From an uncultured Candidatus Saccharibacteria bacterium (GTDB taxonomy: Bacteria > Patescibacteriota > Saccharimonadia > CAILAD01 > CAZGYV01): 64,000 nucleotides of DNA. Position 1 is the stretch's first letter. Every line of letters begins with the position of its first letter. Made by a program: the position numbers and the translations under genes. The stretch lies in contig CAZGYV010000002.1 in assembly GCA_964530725.1 (NCBI GenBank), positions 26,046-90,045 on the forward strand, given 5' to 3'. This document shows, piece after piece, positions 1 to 7,385 of the stretch. The notes beneath the pieces are model-generated. The model saw nothing but the letters and a program-made list of their open reading frames with translations. It did no database searches and was not told where the DNA came from.

Positions 1-953
1 GGTGCTTCGACCCGGACGTCGTGAGCACTTAGTGCTAGGGCCAGGTTGCGATCGAGCTCATTGATACGCGCCAGCTTAATGCCCGAAGGCGGCTTGAGAG
101 TGTATTGCGACACCGTTGGCCCAACATTGACAGTCCCCATCACCACATCGATCCCAAAATCGGCTAGTGTATTTTGGATCACACCGGCATTATTTTTGAC
201 ATTGCCCGCATCAGCGTGGGTAGAGGTCGACTCCAAAAGATCGAGCGATGGATATTCCCAATCCTTATCGAGCGCCTCGACAATCGGATCGATCCGCGCG
301 CTCTTGGGCTCAGCTTTGCTACCACCAATCGTACCTTTGATCGGAAGCTTGTTGTTAATTTCAAAAGCCGGCTCATTAATCTCCAGCTCGGGTTCGTCGC
401 GATGACGCTTGAATAAGGTCAGAAACTTAGTAAAAAGGTCCTTCAAACGGGCATTGGCCGCCACAATCAAGCTGACTAAAAGCAGCATGATGAGAATGAA
501 AATTGCCACCGGACGGGTCAAGATCGGCCCCATCACCATCGAGATCCCCCAGCCTATCACACCACCGTAATCACCCACTGTCATGAGGCTAATGCCGGCC
601 GGCGCTAAAACGAATTGAAAAATTCCCGCCAGACAGACAAAAAACGCCAATAGGCCCATTAGGTTGTTGGTTTTGAACTCATAATGGTCTTGGCGAAACA
701 GCATCCAAGCCACCAATAGCAAGGCCAGCGGCAGTAAATAAGCGGCCATGCCGACTACGAATTTAAAGCTCGCCAGCGTCCAAACACCAGCCACGCCGGC
801 GACATTGACCATCGCCAACACCAAAAAAACCGCCAGAAGCACAAGCAAGATAGCAATGATCTCACGCACTGCACTCCGCTCCAAAAGCGGCTTTATTTCT
901 TTATCCTTGAGATCCTTTTTGTGATTTTTAGTGGGTTTTTTGCGCTTGGCCAT
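1..953 (-). CDS. ftsK: DNA translocase FtsK/SpoIIIE, N-terminal membrane domain and start of motor domain. Partial: the 3' part lies beyond the window start.
   Basis: Reverse-strand translation from ATG (rc of 951-953) gives MAKRKKPTKNHKK..., four hydrophobic TM segments, then WEYPSLDLLE...GIDVVMGTVNVGPTVSQYTLKPPSGIKLARINELDRNLALALSAHDVRVEAP, the typical FtsK motor-domain start. Absent from the ORF track because there is no in-window stop. Confidence 0.8.
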   Translation of the reverse strand, partial: MAKRKKPTKNHKKDLKDKEIKPLLERSAVREIIAILLVLLAVFLVLAMVNVAGVAGVWTLASFKFVVGMAAYLLPLALLLVAWMLFRQDHYEFKTNNLMGLLAFFVCLAGIFQFVLAPAGISLMTVGDYGGVIGWGISMVMGPILTRPVAIFILIMLLLVSLIVAANARLKDLFTKFLTLFKRHRDEPELEINEPAFEINNKLPIKGTIGGSKAEPKSARIDPIVEALDKDWEYPSLDLLESTSTHADAGNVKNNAGVIQNTLADFGIDVVMGTVNVGPTVSQYTLKPPSGIKLARINELDRNLALALSAHDVRVEA

Positions 954-1126
954 AGCCTACATTATATCCTAGCACCAACCAGTCGGGCTAGCGCTTTTAG
1001 GGCCAAAAAACATTTGAAAAGCAAATTTCTTCATCAATCACCCTCCTAGTGATTTACTCTATTATAGCACAATCAGACCATAATTACCAGTCTTGTCAAA
1101 TCCTACCCTGACCAGATAAGATAGTT

Positions 1127-2887
1127 GTGATGAGGAATATAATTCAGATTTTCAGCCTGCTAAGAAACATGAAATGGCAGGTGGTGTATCTTTGTGCTAT
1201 AGCACTGCTATCGGCTATTTTTGGCGTACTCGTCCCCTTTATCTTCTCCCGCATCATCGATCAGATTATATCGCTCGTGAGTAGCAGCTCGAGCACTAAC
1301 AGCAGCAGTAATATTATCGGCCTGGTAATAGTTTTTGGGGCAGTCATCCTGATAAATACTAGCTTTAACACTTACAGTTATTATTTATCCGAACGATTCG
1401 AGCTCAGAGTCCAGGAAGCGCTAAGGCTCAAGGTCTACCAAAAATTATTAACGATGGATGTGCACTACTTCGAAAGCAACAAGGCCGGCGAGATACTACA
1501 AAAAATCAACAACAGCTTAAGCAGCTTTATTAACTGGCTGCTCAATGTTGTCTGGCAGTACCTGGACGCGCTTTTTATCGTTGTGGCCACCATGGTAGCT
1601 ATCATTATCATCAATCCAATTGTCGGGCTTATCTACATCGCCTTTGCAATATTTTACATCATTATTTTTTACCGAACCGCTAAGCGTGTGCGGCCGATTG
1701 ATAAGAAAATGCAAAGGCAGTCCGAGATCGCTTTCGGCCACTACACCGAATCACTGACCCACATCTCGACCACCAGAACTCTCAGCGCCGAGCAATCGAT
1801 CACCCGCAAGTACGCAACTGCCGTGCGCAAATCAAAAGAATACGGTTTTCAAACCGTCAGCATCTGGGCGCGGTCAATATTTGTCCGCAGCCATGTCATG
1901 CAGCTGGTGTACATTCTAACCTTTTCAATTTTAATATGGCAAACACTTAATCATCAGCTTAGCATTGGCCAACTAATCTTCGCGATTTTCGTCATTCAGC
2001 AATTCACCAACCGAGTCTGGCCGCTGAGCCGGTTTCTCGACCAAACTCTACGCACCGACGTGGCGGTTGGCCGGCTGGTCGACGTTTTCGCGACTACGCC
2101 GCTGATAGTAGACCGGGCGGACGCTAAAAAACTAACCCACCTTAAGTCAATCGAGTTTAAAAATGTCAGCTTTTCCTATCCCGAAAATAAAAAAGGCGCG
2201 GTTGCAAATATTTCATTTCGGATCGAAAGCGGCAAGACGATTGCCCTGGTCGGCCCATCGGGCGTCGGCAAGAGTACTATTACCAAACTGCTGCTGCGTT
2301 TTTACGCGCCTGATTCAGGGCAAATCCTGGTCAACGACGAGAATATCAGCGCCTTTACTCAAGATTCGTTGCGCACCCATATCGGTATGGTTATGCAAGA
2401 CGTCGCCCTCTTTAATACTACAGTCGAAGATAATTTAAAATTAGCCAAGCCGCAGGCGAGCAAAGAACTGATCCAAGCCGCTGCCCGCAAATCACATGCC
2501 GTCGAATTTATCGACGAGCTGCCGAAAAAATACCAAACAATCGTCGGCGAGCGCGGTGTCAAGCTGTCCGGCGGCCAAAAGCAGCGTGTTGCCATCGCTC
2601 GAGCAATTCTAAAAAATCCAGATTTGATCATCCTCGACGAAGCGACCAGCGCGCTCGATAGCGAGTCGGAGCGCTTGGTGCAAGAGGGCCTCAAAGAGCT
2701 AATGGCTGGCCGCTCAGCCCTGGTTATCGCCCACCGGCTGAGCACCGTCATGCACGCGGACGAAATATTGGTACTCAAAAAAGGCCGGATTATAGAACGC
2801 GGTGACCATAAAGAGCTTATCAAGAACGATAAGCTCTACGCACGGCTATTTCAACTCCAGTCGGCCAGCGGCAAAGTAAAACTTTAA
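1127..2887 (+). CDS. ABC transporter, fused permease/ATPase (MsbA-like exporter)
   Basis: 586 aa. N-terminal TM region. Walker A GPSGVGKST, ABC signature LSGGQKQRVAIARA, Walker B LIILDEATSALD, H-loop AHRLST. Confidence 0.9.
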   Translation: MMRNIIQIFSLLRNMKWQVVYLCAIALLSAIFGVLVPFIFSRIIDQIISLVSSSSSTNSSSNIIGLVIVFGAVILINTSFNTYSYYLSERFELRVQEALRLKVYQKLLTMDVHYFESNKAGEILQKINNSLSSFINWLLNVVWQYLDALFIVVATMVAIIIINPIVGLIYIAFAIFYIIIFYRTAKRVRPIDKKMQRQSEIAFGHYTESLTHISTTRTLSAEQSITRKYATAVRKSKEYGFQTVSIWARSIFVRSHVMQLVYILTFSILIWQTLNHQLSIGQLIFAIFVIQQFTNRVWPLSRFLDQTLRTDVAVGRLVDVFATTPLIVDRADAKKLTHLKSIEFKNVSFSYPENKKGAVANISFRIESGKTIALVGPSGVGKSTITKLLLRFYAPDSGQILVNDENISAFTQDSLRTHIGMVMQDVALFNTTVEDNLKLAKPQASKELIQAAARKSHAVEFIDELPKKYQTIVGERGVKLSGGQKQRVAIARAILKNPDLIILDEATSALDSESERLVQEGLKELMAGRSALVIAHRLSTVMHADEILVLKKGRIIERGDHKELIKNDKLYARLFQLQSASGKVKL

Positions 2888-2907
2888 CTAATTTTTCCTT
2901 ATCAAAA

Positions 2908-2937
2908 TGAAGGCTGCCCGGTTTTACCCAGGCAGCG
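2908..2937. terminator. Hairpin between the convergent ABC transporter gene and the 2941..3282 ORF; likely bidirectional terminator
   Basis: gctgcc-cggttttaccca-ggcagc inverted repeat immediately after both stops; T/A-rich flank on the minus side. Confidence 0.4.
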
Positions 2938-2940
2938 CGT

Positions 2941-3282
2941 TTAGATGACTGCTTCAAATATTTTTTCGAAACAGTTCGTCAGGACATGTTGGCTGACATT
3001 ACGAGCCGGTATTTGGTACCAAAATATATTGGTTTTCAGCTCTATTTCGGAGAATATCGCCAGGCGCAGGAGCAACAGCTCACCACAAAACTCGATCAAT
3101 GGATCACCATGTGGGCACCAGGTCTCACCCTCGGCTCCGCGATGAATGTCGATGATGTGGCGCTTGATCGCCAAACAAATCAACCATTCCGGTTGATCCG
3201 TGCCATCGACAGCCAACTGATAAGCTGCCTCTCTCGTCCTTCCTGCTCGACTAGTTAGTGACTCATCCTGCGACACCGCCAC
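2941..3282 (-). CDS. Hypothetical protein with HEPN-like RNx3H motif near the C-terminus (possible HepT/DUF86-type toxin)
   Basis: 113 aa starting at GTG directly after the TAA of the upstream ORF and in the same frame. C-terminal ...FWYQIPARNVSQHVLTNCFEKIFEAVI contains R-N-x-x-x-H, the HEPN Rx4-6H signature. Followed by the shared terminator. Confidence 0.35.
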   Translation of the reverse strand: MAVSQDESLTSRAGRTREAAYQLAVDGTDQPEWLICLAIKRHIIDIHRGAEGETWCPHGDPLIEFCGELLLLRLAIFSEIELKTNIFWYQIPARNVSQHVLTNCFEKIFEAVI

Positions 3283-3474
3283 TTAGAACATCTCCCTTCG
3301 GCTCTTGATTAAGGCTTGTACCATTGAAATCGCACTGATCGCATCGCGGTGAGGATTTTCGGCAAGTTTTGCCCCAAGCTCTGCCAGCTCACTACGATCG
3401 TAGTTAACTAGATCACCAGGATCACCCTCGCCGATAATCACCATCTGGTTGCGTAGCATTTCTTCGGTCACCAT
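3283..3474 (-). CDS. Small hypothetical protein (63 aa) upstream of and in frame with the HEPN-like ORF; possible antitoxin partner
   Basis: ATG preceded by GGAG (gacagaGGAGcttgaaATG). The track ORF 3283..3501 starts at an upstream TTG. Product MVTEEMLRNQMVIIGEGDPGDLVNYDRSELAELGAKLAENPHRDAISAISMVQALIKSRREMF. No family recognised. Confidence 0.35.
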   Translation of the reverse strand: MVTEEMLRNQMVIIGEGDPGDLVNYDRSELAELGAKLAENPHRDAISAISMVQALIKSRREMF

Positions 3475-3516
3475 TTCAAGCTCCTCTGTCGCCGTTGACA
3501 AGGTGCACGATTTGCC

Positions 3517-3545
3517 ATGATAGAGAATTTGCTAGCTGCCGTCAA
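3517..3545 (-). promoter_or_regulatory. sigma70-like promoter for the 3474->2941 two-ORF locus
   Basis: Minus strand reads TTGACG-17 nt-TATCAT, then the GGAG RBS and ATG. Confidence 0.45.
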
Positions 3546-3610
3546 GGCTTGTATGCAATAAGTTCTGCCCTGCCACAAACAAAACCATAATCAGTAAGCA
3601 AACAGTAAAA

Positions 3611-3659
3611 TCCTTTCGTCCTTTCGGACTCATCAGAATGAGTACACACTCATTGAGGA
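3611..3659 (-). ncRNA. Type III hammerhead self-cleaving ribozyme (complete catalytic core)
   Basis: Minus strand 5'-UCCUC^AAUGAGU-GUGU-ACUCAUU-CUGAUGA-GUCC-GAAA-GGAC-GAAA-GGA-3'. Helix I is a 7-bp hairpin with a GUGU loop. The core is C3-U4-G5-A6-U7-G8-A9. Helix II is GUCC/GGAC with a GAAA loop and G10.1-C11.1. G12-A13-A14 are present. A15.1-U16.1 pair and helix III is AGGA/UCCU. The cleavage triplet is C-U-C, so H17 = C. The core is almost identical to the classic sTRSV-derived CUGAUGAGUCCGUGAGGACGAAAC. Confidence 0.7.
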
Positions 3660-3717
3660 GCGGGATTTTCACCCGCCTCCCACAAGATACCCCGTGGGAT
3701 TTTTCCATCACCTCACA

Positions 3718-4257
3718 TTACCGTGCAGCAATGGTTGTCGTGGCATTCTCCGGCGGCTTATCCGCCGGAACTTCGGTCTCGTCATCAGATGCCCCTTCAG
3801 GAGCACAGGGTGGACGATAGTCCGGATTGGTATCCGGCCAAAAGTACCAGTAATACGGGCTGGCCGCATTCCACCGGTTCAACGGATTGACCGGGTCGTA
3901 CGGATCGCCGTAAACGCCATCTGACGGCCTAGGAACGTAGGTGATCCTGGAGCCGCTTGGTGGTGACAATCGATCCTGAGTCTTTGGTGCTTCCGGCATC
4001 TTTCCGGGATTGACTGGCTTCGGATTACTAGCCGAACCGGATGGTTTTCCGGTTGGCGATCCAGATGGCTTCCCACTCGATGAACCGGATGGTTTCCCAA
4101 CGGGGCTAGGTGCCGGCGATCTTACTCCGCCTGACCCCGAGCCTCCGCTCCGCGCCCCACCGCTTGATGGTGCAGCACAAGCTTGGTCGCTTGCACATGC
4201 CGCCATCAAGCCAGCGACTAATCCAGAGATGACCAGCAGAATGGTCAACCTTCTCAA
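3718..4257 (-). CDS. Secreted low-complexity lipoprotein (Pro/Ser/Gly-rich with GKPSGS repeats)
   Basis: N-terminal signal with lipobox-like LMAAC. Three GKPSGS(x) repeats reflected in DNA tandem repeats around 4030-4110. Pro-rich C-terminus. Confidence 0.6.
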   Translation of the reverse strand: MRRLTILLVISGLVAGLMAACASDQACAAPSSGGARSGGSGSGGVRSPAPSPVGKPSGSSSGKPSGSPTGKPSGSASNPKPVNPGKMPEAPKTQDRLSPPSGSRITYVPRPSDGVYGDPYDPVNPLNRWNAASPYYWYFWPDTNPDYRPPCAPEGASDDETEVPADKPPENATTTIAAR

Positions 4258-4326
4258 GGCTATCCCCTTTTTCGCTTCTCCAACTTAGCTAACCTATTAT
4301 AGAATATTTTGCTATTTTTGTCCAGT

Positions 4327-6351
4327 CTAAACTTCAATCACGACCGGCAAGACGATTGGATTGCGCTTAGTCACTTTGTAGAGGTAATTGCTTAGCTCCT
4401 CGCGCATACGAGTCTTGATGATCGGAGAATTGGCCGGCACCGAGATGTCTCGCTTTTCAAAAATATTACGGACAATTTGGCGTGATTTATTGAGCAGCTC
4501 TTCGTTGTCCTTCATATAGATAAAGCCGCGGCTGATGATGTCAGGGCTAGTTTTTAGCTTGCCGGTTTTCTTTTCAACCGTGACGATGGCCGTAAACACC
4601 CCCTCTGAAGCCATTGCCAAGCGGTCTTTCAAGACAACTTCCTGGACGTCACCAATACCAGCGCCATCAACTAATACTACGCCGGCAGCGACTTTTTTAC
4701 CTTCCTTGATGCCCTCTTTGGTGAGCTCTAGGGTTTGGCCATTTTCGATCATGAAAACATTTTTCGGATCAACAATACCGCTGCGCTTAGCGATTTCGGC
4801 ATTGTGCACCATGTGGTGGATTTCGCCGTGAATCGGCAGGTAGTATTTCGGCCGGATAATATTGATCATCTCCATCACTTCGTCGTAATAAGCGTGCCCC
4901 GAGGTGTGCATAATGCCAAGATCGTCAAAGCCACGCATACCATTTTGGTAAACATACGGGCCCCAGCGCAACAGATTATCAACCATGCTATAGACGTCTT
5001 TTTCGTTGCCTGGAATAATCGATGAGCTCAATACTACAACATCGGTCGGTTTTAATTTGATGTCTCTGTGCTCACCGCGGCCCATACGATTGAGCACCGC
5101 CATTTCCTCACCCTGCGAGCCAGTCGCCAGCACAGCTATCTCGCTGTCCTGATATTTGTTGACATCAGTGGCTTTAATCACGAGGCCAGCTGGAATTTTA
5201 ATGTAGCCAAATTTGACCGCCAGCTCAGCATTGGACAAGATACTGCGACCAACTATCACCAGCTTGCGCTTGGCTTTGGCCACCGCGTCAATAATAATCT
5301 GCATACGATTGACCTGGCTCGAGAAGGACGAGATGATAACCCGCTTGTTGTAATTGCGCACGAAGATCTCGTCGATCGTGTCAGTGATCTCCTGCTCGCG
5401 CGGGCTGTGTCCGGTCTGCTCGCAACTCGTACTATCACACATCAAAAGTGCCACTCCCTCGTCGCCGATTTCGCGCAAACGTTTGATATTACTCTCTTTA
5501 CCGTCAATCGGCTCAGGGTCGAAACGCCAATCGCCAGTATTGACGATCGTACCGACCGGCGTACGAATAACCAGCGCGCAAGAGTCCGGAATCGAGTGGG
5601 TAATGCGCACAAATTCGATCGAAAAGGCACCCAGCTGAATCTTTTGGCCTAAATCCTGATCGACAATATGCATTTCTGGCTTAAAGGGCAAGCGGTATTC
5701 AGTCAACATGCGCTCGATGAACTTAATCGTGAATTTAGCACCGTAAATCGGAGCTGGTAATTTTGGCAAAATAAATGGAATGCCGCCGATGTGGTCCAAG
5801 TGGGCATGAGTTATTAGGTGACCGCGAACCTTGTGCTTGCGCTCTTCCAAATAACTAATGTCAGGCAAAATGTAATCGATACCCGGCAAATCGGGTCCGG
5901 GGAACATGAAGCCCAAGTCCATCACGATGATGTCATCTTCGTATTCCAGGGCGCAAACGTTTTTGCCAATCTGGCCTAAGCCTCCTAGCGGGATAATTTT
6001 TAGCTTGCCGGCATCGATCTTGGATAGTCTCGGCGAGCTGGCCGGCTTAGCGGAGTCTGATTTGGAATTGAAGTTACCATCCATGTAGTTCGGCCTGGAA
6101 AAACGATTCTGGCGCTGAGAACGCGACGAGCCATTGCCTGGCTTGCCGTTTGAGCTTTGGCGGCGATTAGGCTGCCGCGCGGTATTGTTAGTTTTAGCCG
6201 AGGTCCGGCGCGAACTACCGGCTTGGTCGCCAGCTTGTCCACCAGTTTGATTGCTATTTTGGACCGCCTTTGCAGGGCGGGTTGGTTTTTTTGTGCCACT
6301 AAGGCCTAAATCTTCTTCTCTTAGCGGTCTTGATGATAATGAATCTGTCAT
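4327..6351 (-). CDS. rnj: Ribonuclease J (metallo-beta-lactamase/beta-CASP RNase) with a ~115-aa low-complexity N-terminal extension
   Basis: HxHxDH motif (ITHAHLDHIGG) and beta-CASP region. 674 aa, of which the first ~115 are S/N/Q/R/G-rich. Confidence 0.85.
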   Translation of the reverse strand: MTDSLSSRPLREEDLGLSGTKKPTRPAKAVQNSNQTGGQAGDQAGSSRRTSAKTNNTARQPNRRQSSNGKPGNGSSRSQRQNRFSRPNYMDGNFNSKSDSAKPASSPRLSKIDAGKLKIIPLGGLGQIGKNVCALEYEDDIIVMDLGFMFPGPDLPGIDYILPDISYLEERKHKVRGHLITHAHLDHIGGIPFILPKLPAPIYGAKFTIKFIERMLTEYRLPFKPEMHIVDQDLGQKIQLGAFSIEFVRITHSIPDSCALVIRTPVGTIVNTGDWRFDPEPIDGKESNIKRLREIGDEGVALLMCDSTSCEQTGHSPREQEITDTIDEIFVRNYNKRVIISSFSSQVNRMQIIIDAVAKAKRKLVIVGRSILSNAELAVKFGYIKIPAGLVIKATDVNKYQDSEIAVLATGSQGEEMAVLNRMGRGEHRDIKLKPTDVVVLSSSIIPGNEKDVYSMVDNLLRWGPYVYQNGMRGFDDLGIMHTSGHAYYDEVMEMINIIRPKYYLPIHGEIHHMVHNAEIAKRSGIVDPKNVFMIENGQTLELTKEGIKEGKKVAAGVVLVDGAGIGDVQEVVLKDRLAMASEGVFTAIVTVEKKTGKLKTSPDIISRGFIYMKDNEELLNKSRQIVRNIFEKRDISVPANSPIIKTRMREELSNYLYKVTKRNPIVLPVVIEV

Positions 6352-6492
6352 TATTGTTATTTCCTTCCTTAATAAAATGTTTTTATTTTGTCATTTAAGA
6401 ATTTATTTTAGAATCCCCGATCTCTTTTTTCGTGAGAGATCCTAAAATCAAACCTTAGGACGACGAAATGGTTTTTGTTGTTAAATCATTGC

Positions 6493-7068
6493 TTAGTTAA
6501 TTTGCTCTAATATCTTTGGGATTTTCGCGAAATCGTCTAGCAAGCTAGTGCGCATGCCACCGTTGTAAAGAGCGGCTGCCGGATGATACAGTGGTAAAAA
6601 TACCTGGCCGCCGCGACGCACGGGCCTGCCGTGAGCCGCACTGATCTTGAGCTCTGGAAAAAATACATTCATCGAGTGACGCCCCAGGAAAACAATCAGC
6701 TTAGGCTGGATAACTTTGATCTGAGCGAGTAGGAATGGCAAGCAAGCCTTGATCTCAGCCGGCAACGGATCCCGATTACCCGGCGGGCGGTATTTGACGA
6801 TATTGGTAATAAACACTTTCTCCCGCGTTAGACCGATCGATACTAGCATTTCTTCGAGAAATTTACCAGCCGCACCGACAAAAGGTCGACCGGTTTCATC
6901 TTCGCGTGCCCCCGGAGCTTCGCCAACAAACATAATATCAGACTCTGGATCACCCTCGCCCGGCACTGGATTTTTGATCGATTGGCAGAGCTCTGGGCAG
7001 GCATCACAGCTGGCGATCTCATCAGCAATTGCCGCTAGCTTTTCAATTTTTTCTTGTCTAGTTAGCAT
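6493..7068 (-). CDS. udg: Uracil-DNA glycosylase, family 4 (Fe-S type)
   Basis: Motif FVGEAPGAREDETGRPFVGAAGKFL, cysteines CDACPELC, and the HPAAAL-type C-terminal motif (LYHPAAALY). Confidence 0.8.
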   Translation of the reverse strand: MLTRQEKIEKLAAIADEIASCDACPELCQSIKNPVPGEGDPESDIMFVGEAPGAREDETGRPFVGAAGKFLEEMLVSIGLTREKVFITNIVKYRPPGNRDPLPAEIKACLPFLLAQIKVIQPKLIVFLGRHSMNVFFPELKISAAHGRPVRRGGQVFLPLYHPAAALYNGGMRTSLLDDFAKIPKILEQIN

Positions 7069-7099
7069 AACTTATAGGAATTTACTGGTGACTTTATAT

Positions 7100-7385
7100 T
7101 CGTGAAAATTAACTATTCGAGAGCAACTCAGAGGTGTTTGAAGGATTAAATATTCGCGAGTAGTTCAAGGCAAAAACGAGGAGCAGAGCGTCGCGTACTC
7201 GATGGTACGCAAAGCGAGCACCGGAGTTTTTAACGCCAAAATGCTCCGAAGATTTAATCTGCATTGCGCTCCAAGAATGAAATATATGAGCATAGTTCCA
7301 GGAAAAACTAAGTGGCGAAACGAGGCGTACTAGTTGGTACGTCGAGTGAGCAACGAAAGTTTTGACGAAGAAATATGCCATATAT
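7100..7385. repeat. Degenerate tandem repeat (about 3 units of ~90 nt) in the udg-pnp intergenic region
   Basis: Units share ...tagttc(a/c)agg(c/a)aaaaac...aacgagg...cgtac-N6-gtacg...gagca...gttttt/gacg. The hairpins GCGTAC-tcgatg-GTACGC and GCGTAC-tagttg-GTACGt are conserved. The track ORF 7109..7567 lies over these repeats and is likely spurious. Confidence 0.5.

Noticed and set aside
2986-3258. 90-aa + strand ORF antisense to the HEPN-like ORF
   Set aside because: The convergent terminator and the promoter on the minus strand favour the minus-strand ORFs. There is no RBS on the + strand.
3283-3501. TTG start for the 72-aa version of the small ORF
   Set aside because: The internal ATG at 3474 has a GGAG RBS at correct spacing and the promoter -10 lies just upstream. 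The TTG extension would overlap the promoter.
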